Origin: Clostridia bacterium
GTDB lineage: Bacteria; Bacillota; Clostridia; TANB77; CAG-508
Assembly (NCBI GenBank): GCA_017528085.1
Contig: JAFXPH010000006.1
Coordinates: 4,376-68,375, forward strand
DNA: 64,000 bases
Reading direction: 5' to 3'
Under the pieces are notes generated by a model. That model made no database searches, was not told the DNA's origin, and saw nothing but the letters and a program-made list of their open reading frames with translations. This document shows, piece after piece, positions 47,518-56,779 of this stretch; within the stretch, counting starts at the first letter, position 1; every line of letters starts with the position of its first letter. Position numbers and translations under genes: made by a program.

Positions 47518-47796
47518 ATGAACAAAGCTGAATTAGTTGCAGCTATCGCTGCTAAAACAGGAGACACAAAAAAATCTGCAGAAGAAACAGTTAACGCATT
47601 TGTAAACGTTGTAACTGCTGCATTAAAGAAAGGTGAAAAAGTTCAATTAGTTGGATTTGGATCTTTCGAAGTTAGAAAAAGAGCTGCTAGAAAGGGAAGA
47701 AACCCACAAACTAAAGAAGAAATTAAAATACCTGCTTCAAAAGCTCCAGTATTCAAAGCTGGTAAAGCTTTAAAAGAAACAGTTAACAAAAAATAA
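47518..47796 (+). CDS. hup: DNA-binding protein HU
   Basis: [11 protein letters not shown]...[20 protein letters not shown] signature, 92 aa, GGAGGT RBS. Confidence 0.9.
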   Translation: MNKAELVAAIAAKTGDTKKSAEETVNAFVNVVTAALKKGEKVQLVGFGSFEVRKRAARKGRNPQTKEEIKIPASKAPVFKAGKALKETVNKK

Positions 47797-47810
47797 TTTT
47801 AATTATCTAT

Positions 47811-47843
47811 AGAAGAAGATGAGTTACTCATCTTCTTTTTTTA
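47811..47843 (+). terminator. rho-independent terminator
   Basis: AAGAAGATGAG-TTA-CTCATCTTCTT + T-run. Confidence 0.8.
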
Positions 47844-47965
47844 TGCCTTCAAAATTTAGAATCCGCAAGTAAAAATATTTATTTAAAGATATAAAAATCT
47901 CTTGAAATATAAAATTATTATATATATAATTTTTATGAGATTATACAAAAGAATGAGGAGAGATT

Positions 47966-48397
47966 ATGGAAAAAGACATTGATGTCATCTTTATGGATGA
48001 AGATAGAGTTACAATCCTAGATACTCAAAGGGTTGCTAAAGGAGATAAGGTTGTTTACAAAGGAAAAATTCCTTCAAAAGAACCAGTTGAAGGTGTTACT
48101 TATTCTTTTGCAGGCTGGGAAAATGAAGAAAGAATGGATTGTGTAGTTGAGAAACTAGTATTAGTAGCCAAATACGAATCATCAAGTTCTTTAAAGGATG
48201 CAATGTATAATGCTTCACTTGAAAATGCTCAAAAGGCAAATTTGAAAGACGTTATGGCTTCAGGAAATAAGATAAATGAACAACAAAAAGCTTTAGAAAA
48301 AGATTCTAGATCAGCAGAAGAAATCGTAAACGATATTGTTGAAAATGGAAAAACTGAAGTAGGACAAGAAATAAATAAAGACAACATGGAAAGATAA
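47966..48397 (+). CDS. hypothetical protein (143 aa)
   Basis: GAGGAGAGA RBS; no recognisable motif. Confidence 0.45.
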   Translation: MEKDIDVIFMDEDRVTILDTQRVAKGDKVVYKGKIPSKEPVEGVTYSFAGWENEERMDCVVEKLVLVAKYESSSSLKDAMYNASLENAQKANLKDVMASGNKINEQQKALEKDSRSAEEIVNDIVENGKTEVGQEINKDNMER

Positions 48398-48417
48398 CAA
48401 AAGATAAGGAGTTAGTT

Positions 48418-49047
48418 ATGGGAGTAGTAATTACAAGAGATGATATCATAGCTTATGCTGAGGTAGATTATGTAATTAAACACATGAATGAGAGATATCA
48501 AGATATGGTACCAATTAAATTAAGAGATTTTTTTGAAACATATAAAGAACCAGATTATGATATATATGTTAATCCAAAGGTACCACTTGCAAATCAAGGA
48601 TTAAAGAAATATACATTAGAGATTTTGGCACTATTACATTTAAAATATTGGTGCCAAGATGAAGATAGAAAAAAACAATTATACAATATGATGAAACAAA
48701 ATGAGATGGAAATTGAAGCGAGAATCAGGGAACAATATGGTGTAGAAAATCTTTTCCAAACTGCTGATGCTACAATTGTTAATTCAGAAGAAGACCTAGA
48801 AGATGCAGAACCACAAGATTTTTCAAAACCAAAAGGAGTAACTAGAGTAGATGTAGTGTCTACTGAAGAAGTAGAAGAAAAAGAGACAGAATCTGAAGAA
48901 ACAAAAACAGAGGAAAAAACTAGTGAAACTGCTGAAAGCGCAAGTAGTGAAGATAATAATTTAGCTTCTATTAATAAAACTGGATTTTTTGAAAAAATTA
49001 AAGAATTTTTCTCAAAATTATTTAAGAAAAATGGAAGTGTTGAATAG
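48418..49047 (+). CDS. hypothetical protein with acidic Glu-rich region and C-terminal amphipathic helix (FFEKIKEFFSKLFKK)
   Basis: AAGGAG RBS; C-terminus resembles a membrane-targeting amphipathic helix. Confidence 0.45.
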   Translation: MGVVITRDDIIAYAEVDYVIKHMNERYQDMVPIKLRDFFETYKEPDYDIYVNPKVPLANQGLKKYTLEILALLHLKYWCQDEDRKKQLYNMMKQNEMEIEARIREQYGVENLFQTADATIVNSEEDLEDAEPQDFSKPKGVTRVDVVSTEEVEEKETESEETKTEEKTSETAESASSEDNNLASINKTGFFEKIKEFFSKLFKKNGSVE

Positions 49048-49065
49048 AACAACACTTCTTTTTTA
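49034..49065 (+). terminator. rho-independent terminator
   Basis: GAAGTGTTG-AATAGAA-CAACACTTC + T6; stop codon lies in loop. Confidence 0.7.
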
Positions 49066-49226
49066 CAATTGTTAAATTTTGACAGTAAAAATATAGGAAA
49101 AAAGTTGATAAAAATAGTGGTTTTTTGTTGATATTTTCCTAAATATATAGTATCATAATATATGTAGTATAAGTAGATTTTATGCTACGGATATTAATGA
49201 ACAAATAATTCCTAAGGGGGATAAAT

Positions 49227-49640
49227 ATGCTAAAAAAAGTATTAATCTTAACAATGGTATTTATGTGCGTATTAGGTATGTTTTTCATGTTTTCAAATGC
49301 AGACTCAGAATATGATGCTGTTATTGAACAACATGATGACCCAGAATTAGTTCAAATGAGGGAATCAACAGCTGCAAAATTAGAAGGCTATGTAGCAGCA
49401 TATGGTTCATATCCATATGGTGTAGCTGCAGCAATCTTGAATGTTGTTAGAATTTACAGTATTCCATTTTGCTTTGTTGGTATAGCATTAGGATCTATAT
49501 ACCAATATGTTATTGGTATAAGAAGATTAGATGTTAGAGATAGAGGTTTCCACCTTATCATAACATTTGTAACTATATTGGTAATATGCCAAATTTTACC
49601 ATTACTTTTTGCTGTAATAGTAACAGGTTGGAGGAGTTAA
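49227..49640 (+). CDS. small polytopic membrane protein (137 aa)
   Basis: AAGGGGG RBS; 3-4 TM helices. Confidence 0.5.
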   Translation: MLKKVLILTMVFMCVLGMFFMFSNADSEYDAVIEQHDDPELVQMRESTAAKLEGYVAAYGSYPYGVAAAILNVVRIYSIPFCFVGIALGSIYQYVIGIRRLDVRDRGFHLIITFVTILVICQILPLLFAVIVTGWRS

Positions 49641-49643
49641 CGA

Positions 49644-52600
49644 ATGAAAGTTTTATTTGCAGTTAGTAGCGAGGCTATTTCAGAAGGAATAGTTAGACAA
49701 TATCAAAAAGAATATAAAGAGATATTGTCTTATAAAAATGTTTATTACTTTAATGCAATATTAAAAGAAATACAACAAGATAAATCATATGACAGAATTG
49801 TCATATCAGAGGATTTAGAGTCATTTTCAAATAATAACTACGAACAAATCGATAAGTTCTTATTTGAGAAGTTAGATAATATTAGTGATGAGGCACAAGA
49901 TATTAATGGTCAAGAAACAGCAATCATTTTAATATGTTCTGAAAGAAGAAACAAGGGTAGTGCTTTCTTAAACAAGATTTTTAGTATCGGTATTTATAAT
50001 GCTTTATTAGGTCAAGATAGAATTAAGACAAATGTTTGTAAATTAATTAATAAGCCTAGAATTAAAAAAGAAGCCAAGACATACTATGCTATTGATGCTG
50101 AAGATGCTAATTATGATCAAAGCAATGATGAAGAAGTATCTGAAATTGAAATAACAAATATTAGAAATCACTTTAGAAAATTAGGAAAGAATACTGATAA
50201 GTATGCTGAGAGCTTTAATAATATTGCTGCTCAATATACTGATGATCAATTAAAAATTGTTGTTAACTGTTTACCTGCACAAGTTAAACAAGTTCTTGAA
50301 AAAACATCACCAAGATATCAAGAATTTATGGCAGCAGGAAATGTTAAATCAGTTGCTAATATGTCTGTTGAAGAAGAAGCAAAATCTTCAGGATTAAAGA
50401 TGGACTTCATTTCTAAGAATAAAAATACTATTGATAAACCAATAGTTATTCCATCTTCAGTTCGTAGAAGAACACCTTCTGCTTCAGGAACAGCAAGCTC
50501 TAGTTCAAGTGGTGTATCTACAATTAGAAGAGTAACAAACACAATTAAGCCAGAAGCAAATAAAGCTCCAACTCCAGCTGAAGAAAAAACAGCAGAAAAT
50601 GTTGAGAATGAACTTGATGCGCTAGATGATTTACTAGCACCTCAAGAAGATAAAGCAAATGATATTAATGATAATTTATTAAATATGGATAATACATCAA
50701 ATGAAGTTCCAAATGAATCAGCAGATGATATGTTATCAGCACTAGATGACTTGGGTGGAACTGATGATCTACTAAATCCAGAACCAACAGCAGAAGAACC
50801 TGTTGTAGAAGAAACTGCTAAAGAGGATGATGGAATACTTCCAGGATTCGATGATTTAGGAGGATCAGATGATTTATTAAATCCAGAACCAACAGCAGAA
50901 GCACCTGCTGCAGAGGATGATGGAATTCTTCCAGGATTCGATGATTTAGGTGGAACTGATGACTTATTAAATCCAGAACCAACAGCAGAAGAACCTGCTG
51001 CAGAGGATGATGGAATTCTTCCAGGATTCGATGATTTAGGAGGATCAGATGATTTATTAAATCCAGAACCAACAGCAGAGGAACCTGCTACAGATGATGA
51101 TTTATTACCAGGATTTGATGACTTAGGAGGATCAGATGATTTATTAAATCCAGAACCAACAGCAGAAGAACCTGCTACAGAGGATGATGGAATACTTCCA
51201 GGATTCGATGATTTAGGTGGAACTGATGACCTATTAAATCCAGAGCCAACAGCAGAAAAACCTGCTACAGAGGATGATGGAATACTTCCAGGATTTGATG
51301 ATTTAGGTGGAACTGATGACCTATTAAATCCAGAACCAACAGTAGAAAAACCTGCTGAAGAAGATGATATGCTTCCAGGATTAGATGATTTAGGTGGAAC
51401 TGATGATTTATTAAATCCAGAACCAACAGTAGAAGAATCTACTGAAGAAGATGACATGCTTCCAGGATTAGACGATCTTTCAAATATAGATGATGAAGAA
51501 CCTAAAAAGAGAGGTAGAGGAAGACCAAGAAAAATTATTACTGAGCCTCCAAAACCAAAGGGAAAAAGAGGTAGACCTAGAAAAAATCCTGTTGGAGAAG
51601 ATGGTTCAACATTACCTGGAATGGGATTTGAAGATGATGAATATACAGACGAAGTAGACATCGAAGGATTAGATGAACTTGATGATTACACAGATGAAAG
51701 CTTCGGCGATGTTGAAACAAACAACACTGCAGATGATGGAATGTTACCAGGATTTGATGATTTAGATGTTACTGATGATACTACATCAGATTCATCTGAA
51801 AGTTCAGTTGATGATTTATTATCAGGATTAGATGATTTAGGAGGAGATACTCCTGTAGCTGACAGCACTCCTAGTGATGATATGCTACCAGGTTTAGATG
51901 ATGTAGATGATTTATTAGGTGGCGAAACTCCAGCAAATAATAATCCTGAACCTACTAAGATAGATACTGTAAAACCAACAGTAGATTATTCAATGTCAAG
52001 TTTAAATAGTTTATTAACACCAGATAAGAAGATAGCAACATTTATAGGAACATCTAAAAATGGTACATCTTTCTTAGTTAATAACCTTGGATTATTATTT
52101 GATACAATTGGTAAGAATGTAGCTATCTTAGATATGACTAAAAATAGAAATTCTTATTACATCTTTAATTGTAACGATGAAGAGTTAAGAAAAGTATGTA
52201 ATAATTCATTTAGCAATTTGGAAAGAGGTGTAGCAGAAGGAATTAGAGTTAAACCTAATTTAACTGTTTATACTGGACTACCAGATGATGGAAAAGTGTA
52301 TAAAAATGTTGAAGCTATGCTATCAACATTAGTACAAAATCATGATATAGTATTAATAGATTGTGATTTTGATACAGATCCTTCATTCTTTGCTAAGTGT
52401 CAAGAAATATATCTTGTTCAATCAATGGATACATTAACAATTCAACCATTGACATACTTCTTAAAGATATTACAAGATAGAGAAGTATTAGAACCAGAAA
52501 AAATTAGAATAGTACTTAACAAAGTAGTTAAGTTAAGAGGATTCCAACCAAAAGATTTCGTTGGAGGTATGTCATGTTATAATGCTCCTTCAATGTCAGT

Positions 52601-52895
52601 AATGAGAACATTGTTTAATCCTCAATTAGTAAAAGTGTTTACAATAAACTTTGAAGAAAGTGTTTATATTAGATACTTAGATGCTATTGCAGCATGTAAG
52701 ATGACTTTAGATGGTTACTCAAAGACATTTATGGCTGCATTAAAGCAACTTGCTCAATCTGTTTATTCATTTAACAATGGTGGCGGAATGAGAACAAATA
52801 TTGGTGCACCAACTCAACCACAAATGAGACCAGGAGCACAATTTACAAGTAATATGAATAACACATTAGACAAAATGAAAAGAAATATGAATTAG
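49644..52895 (+). CDS. modular 1083-aa protein: receiver-like N-domain, ~8 near-perfect plus ~4 degenerate acidic [DDGILPGFDDLGG(S/T)DDLLNPEPTAEEPA]-type motifs, two AT-hooks (GRGRPRK, KRGRPRK), C-terminal MinD/ParA-like domain with degenerate Walker A
   Basis: GGAGGAG RBS 7 nt before ATG 49644; repeats visible in DNA; C-terminal IATFIGTSKNGTSFLVNNLG...VAILDMT...IVLIDCDFD aligns to MinD/ParA deviant Walker A region but lacks the GK[ST] lysine. Confidence 0.7.
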   Translation: MKVLFAVSSEAISEGIVRQYQKEYKEILSYKNVYYFNAILKEIQQDKSYDRIVISEDLESFSNNNYEQIDKFLFEKLDNISDEAQDINGQETAIILICSERRNKGSAFLNKIFSIGIYNALLGQDRIKTNVCKLINKPRIKKEAKTYYAIDAEDANYDQSNDEEVSEIEITNIRNHFRKLGKNTDKYAESFNNIAAQYTDDQLKIVVNCLPAQVKQVLEKTSPRYQEFMAAGNVKSVANMSVEEEAKSSGLKMDFISKNKNTIDKPIVIPSSVRRRTPSASGTASSSSSGVSTIRRVTNTIKPEANKAPTPAEEKTAENVENELDALDDLLAPQEDKANDINDNLLNMDNTSNEVPNESADDMLSALDDLGGTDDLLNPEPTAEEPVVEETAKEDDGILPGFDDLGGSDDLLNPEPTAEAPAAEDDGILPGFDDLGGTDDLLNPEPTAEEPAAEDDGILPGFDDLGGSDDLLNPEPTAEEPATDDDLLPGFDDLGGSDDLLNPEPTAEEPATEDDGILPGFDDLGGTDDLLNPEPTAEKPATEDDGILPGFDDLGGTDDLLNPEPTVEKPAEEDDMLPGLDDLGGTDDLLNPEPTVEESTEEDDMLPGLDDLSNIDDEEPKKRGRGRPRKIITEPPKPKGKRGRPRKNPVGEDGSTLPGMGFEDDEYTDEVDIEGLDELDDYTDESFGDVETNNTADDGMLPGFDDLDVTDDTTSDSSESSVDDLLSGLDDLGGDTPVADSTPSDDMLPGLDDVDDLLGGETPANNNPEPTKIDTVKPTVDYSMSSLNSLLTPDKKIATFIGTSKNGTSFLVNNLGLLFDTIGKNVAILDMTKNRNSYYIFNCNDEELRKVCNNSFSNLERGVAEGIRVKPNLTVYTGLPDDGKVYKNVEAMLSTLVQNHDIVLIDCDFDTDPSFFAKCQEIYLVQSMDTLTIQPLTYFLKILQDREVLEPEKIRIVLNKVVKLRGFQPKDFVGGMSCYNAPSMSVMRTLFNPQLVKVFTINFEESVYIRYLDAIAACKMTLDGYSKTFMAALKQLAQSVYSFNNGGGMRTNIGAPTQPQMRPGAQFTSNMNNTLDKMKRNMN
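50730..51480 (+). repeat. in-frame tandem repeat, 90-nt period (about 8 near-identical copies, one 87-nt), followed by degenerate copies to ~51940
   Basis: unit GAGGATGATGGAATWCTTCCAGGATTCGATGATTTAGGWGGAWCWGATGAYTTATTAAATCCAGAACCAACAGCAGAAGMACCTGCTGCA recurring at 50823, 50913, 51003, 51090, 51180, 51270, 51361, 51451. Confidence 0.85.
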
Positions 52896-52910
52896 TAGAG
52901 GTGAATAGTT

Positions 52911-53996
52911 TTGGCGATATTTTTAGCTATTGTTCTTGTCATTATAATAATAATACTAGTTTGTTATAACATCGACTTACAGAAAAAAATTAAAATGTTT
53001 AATAACATCAATGAGAAGATTAACAACTTAAGTATTTTACAGAACTTCATGGAAATTGCAGGTGAAGAGGATTCTGTAGAAGATAAATTGGCAAAGATCA
53101 ATGAAATTGTAATTGAAAAATATGATATTAAGTATTCTACTATAGTTGTTTTTGACGGTGCAGAATTCGTTATCAAAGCATCAAATGTTGATAAGATTCA
53201 TTATGATACACTTGCAAATATCCATCAAGAAGAGATATTCCAAGACAGTATTCAAACAGCAACGCCAAAATATATAACAATAGAAGATGAAAATGAAAAA
53301 CTTCCTTATCAAAAGGTTGAAATGGGTAGAGCTAAATCTGCAATGTTTTTCCCATTGTTTACAGACAACATTTTCACAGGTTACTGGATAATGGAAAGTG
53401 GAAAGATGCATGCATTCGATAATATTGATACAACAATTATTGAAGTTGTTAAGACAAATATCGTAAATGTTCTTTCAACTGTATCTTATCAAAGTACTAT
53501 TGAAAATACTGTAAGAGTAGATCAATTTACAGGACTATATTCACCAGAACACTTATATACTGCTGGTAGAAAAATATATGATAAATATGATACTTCAGCC
53601 GTATGTATGTTTAAAATAGCTAATATCGAAGAAATAAATGAAAAAGTTAGTAGACAAGTTGGTAACGATATAATTACTGAAATTAGTAATATAGTTAAGA
53701 CAAAGATGTCTAACCAATACATTTTCGTAAGATATATGGGACCAAGATTTGTTATAGTATTCTCTGGAGTTGATGAGGGTTCAGTTGAAGAATTCTTAAA
53801 AGACTTAAAGAGAGAGATGGAAGAAGTAGAAGTAGTTGAAGAAAGAGATGGCCAGACAGCACTCTCTGCTTCACCACTTATCAATTTCGTAATTAGTACA
53901 TACTACAAAGGAACTGGTATGGAACAATTATGTAAGAGATTGGAAGAATACTTAGATTCAGCAGATAAATCTGAAAACCAAATTAATTATATTTAG
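52911..53996 (+). CDS. membrane-anchored protein with degenerate GGDEF-like C-terminal domain
   Basis: TTG start after GAGGTGA RBS; N-terminal TM; VDQFTGLYSPEHL (D-x-TGL-x-N-like) and RYMGPRFVIVF in place of RYGGEEF; no RxxD I-site seen. Confidence 0.5.
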   Translation: MAIFLAIVLVIIIIILVCYNIDLQKKIKMFNNINEKINNLSILQNFMEIAGEEDSVEDKLAKINEIVIEKYDIKYSTIVVFDGAEFVIKASNVDKIHYDTLANIHQEEIFQDSIQTATPKYITIEDENEKLPYQKVEMGRAKSAMFFPLFTDNIFTGYWIMESGKMHAFDNIDTTIIEVVKTNIVNVLSTVSYQSTIENTVRVDQFTGLYSPEHLYTAGRKIYDKYDTSAVCMFKIANIEEINEKVSRQVGNDIITEISNIVKTKMSNQYIFVRYMGPRFVIVFSGVDEGSVEEFLKDLKREMEEVEVVEERDGQTALSASPLINFVISTYYKGTGMEQLCKRLEEYLDSADKSENQINYI

Positions 53997-54008
53997 GAGG
54001 ATTTTGAA

Positions 54009-54266
54009 ATGCAAAGTAATGATAAAACTATGAGTTTTAGAGTTGAAAAGGATAAGAGCATAAGAGCAAGAGAAATTTTAAAAGAAGTTTATCAAGCTTT
54101 AGTTGAAAAAGGATATAATCCAATCAATCAAATCGTTGGATATATTTTATCAGGAGATCCTACTTATATAACAAGCCATAACGATGCTAGAAATTTAATC
54201 AGACTAATAGAAAGAGATGAATTACTAGAGAAGATGGTTAAATATTATATAGGATTGGAAGACTAA
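54009..54266 (+). CDS. ireB: IreB-family regulatory phosphoprotein (UPF0297/DUF965)
   Basis: 85 aa, ...[35 protein letters not shown]... family signature; conserved position upstream of ruvX. Confidence 0.75.
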   Translation: MQSNDKTMSFRVEKDKSIRAREILKEVYQALVEKGYNPINQIVGYILSGDPTYITSHNDARNLIRLIERDELLEKMVKYYIGLED

Positions 54267-54269
54267 TTA

Positions 54270-54686
54270 ATGCGTATACTTGGAATTGATTATGGTGATA
54301 GCCGAGTAGGGATTGCTATAACTGATGCACTTGGTTATACAGCTCAAGGACTTGAAACTATTACTCATAATGGTAATGATAAAATAGTATTGAAAAGATT
54401 AGATGAGATTCTTTCTGAATACGAAATTGATACGTTTGTAGTTGGTATGCCTTACAATATGGATGGCACTAAAACTATAAGAGCAGAAGTAACTGAGAAG
54501 TTTATACATAAGCTTAAATGTAAGTATAATAAGATAAAAATTGAGACTATGGATGAAAGACTAACAACAGTCGCTGCTCATAAAACAATGAACCTTCTAG
54601 ATATCAATAAACACAAGAAAAGAGGGATTGTTGATACTATTTCTGCAGTGTACATTTTAGAGATGTACATGAACAAAAAAAGTTAA
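54270..54686 (+). CDS. ruvX: Holliday junction resolvase-like protein RuvX/YqgF
   Basis: MRILGIDYGDSRVGIAI N-terminus. Confidence 0.85.
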   Translation: MRILGIDYGDSRVGIAITDALGYTAQGLETITHNGNDKIVLKRLDEILSEYEIDTFVVGMPYNMDGTKTIRAEVTEKFIHKLKCKYNKIKIETMDERLTTVAAHKTMNLLDINKHKKRGIVDTISAVYILEMYMNKKS

Positions 54687-54778
54687 ATAAAAGTATTGCA
54701 ATAAATTTTTAGTTAGTATATTATATTTATATATAGAAATATGCAAATGATAATTTGATTAGTGAAAGGAGCTAAGTA

Positions 54779-55102
54779 ATGGACGAGAATAATGAAAATG
54801 AAAACATGGAAGAATTTGATGAAGATTTAAGCAACATCATAATCTTAAATGACGAGAATGGTGAGGAAGTTAAATTCGAATTCTTAGATCTTATTGAATA
54901 TGATTCAAACGAATATGTCGTTTTATTACCAGTAGATGCTGACGAAGATGATGGAGAAGTTGTTATTCTTCAAGTTGAAGAAACAGAAAATCCAGATGAA
55001 GAGTCATATATTAGTGTAAATGATGATGAAGTCCTTATGACTGTATTTAATATTTTTAAAGAAAAATTTAAAGATGAATTTAATTTCGAAGATGCAGAAT
55101 AA
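54779..55102 (+). CDS. DUF1292-family acidic protein (UPF0473)
   Basis: acidic 107-aa protein with ...IIILNDENGEEVKFEFLDLIEYDSNEYVVLLP... pattern; canonical neighbour of ireB-ruvX. Confidence 0.7.
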   Translation: MDENNENENMEEFDEDLSNIIILNDENGEEVKFEFLDLIEYDSNEYVVLLPVDADEDDGEVVILQVEETENPDEESYISVNDDEVLMTVFNIFKEKFKDEFNFEDAE

Positions 55103-55114
55103 TATAATATAATT

Positions 55115-55143
55115 AAAGAAGTACTTAGTACTTCTTTTTTTTA
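55115..55143 (+). terminator. rho-independent terminator
   Basis: AGAAGTAC-TTA-GTACTTCT + T10. Confidence 0.8.
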
Positions 55144-55227
55144 TTTTCATAAATGAAATTGATTTAAAGAATTCTTTGTGATAGAATATTTTTAGTTTTT
55201 ATTATACGAAAGAATAGGAGGATAGAA

Positions 55228-55686
55228 ATGTCATCTTTAATTAGTTATTTATTTACATTTCTAGCTATTGCATTTTGGGGCTTTAGAGCAATAGTTGCAC
55301 TTATGTCATCAATGCAAATTGATTATTGGGCACAACCTTATAATCTACATTATGAGATAATAATTTTATTTTTAACTATACCATGCTTGGTATTTGTTAT
55401 TAAAAGAAATATATTTGCAGCTATTATTTATCTTACAATGTATCTTGCTTATTTTGGATCAGAGATGTATGAATTATTTCAAGCAGGAATCAGTGTAACT
55501 GGAAGTTCACAATTCTTACTAGATTTATTTGGAGTTATAATTCCATTATTTACATTCTTTGATATTTTACTAAATAAGAACAGAGTAAATTTAGGATTAG
55601 CTATGAAATCAGATTGGTTCTATAAAAACGAGCAATTCGACAGAAAATTTGACGAAAGAGCAGATAGAAACCAATATAAATTTTAA
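55228..55686 (+). CDS. membrane protein (4 TM), unknown
   Basis: ORF with AGGAGGA RBS. Confidence 0.5.
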   Translation: MSSLISYLFTFLAIAFWGFRAIVALMSSMQIDYWAQPYNLHYEIIILFLTIPCLVFVIKRNIFAAIIYLTMYLAYFGSEMYELFQAGISVTGSSQFLLDLFGVIIPLFTFFDILLNKNRVNLGLAMKSDWFYKNEQFDRKFDERADRNQYKF

Positions 55687-55712
55687 TATTGATATTTTAA
55701 GGAGATATTGTT

Positions 55713-56144
55713 ATGGATATATGGGAAAAGATGTATTTGGAAGCAAAAAAGGAGTACCATCCAGAAGAGATATCTCCTTTTATTAATGCTCACCATGTAG
55801 TTGCGGCAGTAGAAAGTGAAAGTGGAAAAATATTCACAGGTTTCTGCATAGAAAGTGCAAGTGGAGTAATGAATTTATGTGCTGAAAGAGTAGCGGCTCT
55901 TAACATGTATTTAAATACTGGTGAGACAGTAATTAAAAGGATGATAGCTTTTAGAGCAGAACCACCAAAAGTAAATGGTGGAATGCCATGTGGAGCATGT
56001 AGAGAATTCTTAATGCAGCTTTCTTATGAAAATAGAAATATGGAAATACTAACAGATTATGAAACTAGAAAAACAGTTTATCTAAAAGATATTATTCCTA
56101 ATTGGTGGGGAGATAAAAGATATAAGCAAGTAGAGGAGAATTAA
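55713..56144 (+). CDS. cdd: cytidine deaminase
   Basis: CAERVA...PCGACREF zinc-ligand motifs, 143 aa. Confidence 0.7.
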   Translation: MDIWEKMYLEAKKEYHPEEISPFINAHHVVAAVESESGKIFTGFCIESASGVMNLCAERVAALNMYLNTGETVIKRMIAFRAEPPKVNGGMPCGACREFLMQLSYENRNMEILTDYETRKTVYLKDIIPNWWGDKRYKQVEEN

Positions 56145-56145
56145 T

Positions 56146-56766
56146 ATGATTAAGTTAAATAATAGTGGACCTGCTAGGTTCATGTATACAGTAATTGCAA
56201 TTTGTTTAGTTACATCAATTACTTGTTTTACTATGTTTTATGGAAGTAAAGCGGGAGGAAAACCAGTACTATATACTGGAATTGTTACTTTCACAATAAT
56301 GTACCACTTTTGGGTAAGAATTATTATGGGTAATGTTTCAAAGTTATTTAGAAACAAAATTAAATATGATCAATGGTGGTTTCAAGAACATAGTTTTGAA
56401 AAACCATTATACAAGCTACTACAAGTAAAGAAATGGAAAGATAAAGCCTTTACATATAATCCTGGAGACTTTGATTTAAAAGAAAAATCTTTAGATGAGA
56501 TAGCAAATATTATGGCTAAGTCTGAGGTAGACCATTGGATAAATGAATGCATTTCAATATCTACAATGTTCTTTTCTTTAATATGGCCAAAATTAACTGC
56601 AGCATTTATAATATCAGCAATTTGTGCAATGATTTTTGATAGTCAGTTTATTATAATTCAAAGGTACAATAGACCAAGAATAGTAAAAGCTTTGGAGCAT
56701 AAAAATAGAGTTCAAGAAAAAGCTGAAGAAACGAACGAAGAAGAAGCTAAAGAATCTGAAGAATAA
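56146..56766 (+). CDS. membrane protein, unknown
   Basis: ORF, several TM helices, acidic C-terminal tail. Confidence 0.45.
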   Translation: MIKLNNSGPARFMYTVIAICLVTSITCFTMFYGSKAGGKPVLYTGIVTFTIMYHFWVRIIMGNVSKLFRNKIKYDQWWFQEHSFEKPLYKLLQVKKWKDKAFTYNPGDFDLKEKSLDEIANIMAKSEVDHWINECISISTMFFSLIWPKLTAAFIISAICAMIFDSQFIIIQRYNRPRIVKALEHKNRVQEKAEETNEEEAKESEE

Positions 56767-56779
56767 AAGGAGAAAAGGT

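Noticed and set aside
50730-51480. Possible CRISPR array suggested by regularly spaced repeats
   Set aside because: The repeats are contiguous (no spacers), 90 nt long, in-frame, and encode a conserved peptide motif. No cas genes or leader are present.
50642-51661. 339-aa minus-strand ORF rich in Ser/Pro/Gly opposite the tandem repeats
   Set aside because: It is the reverse-complement shadow of the 90-nt in-frame repeats. It has no RBS, whereas the + strand gene has a strong RBS and a conserved C-terminal domain.
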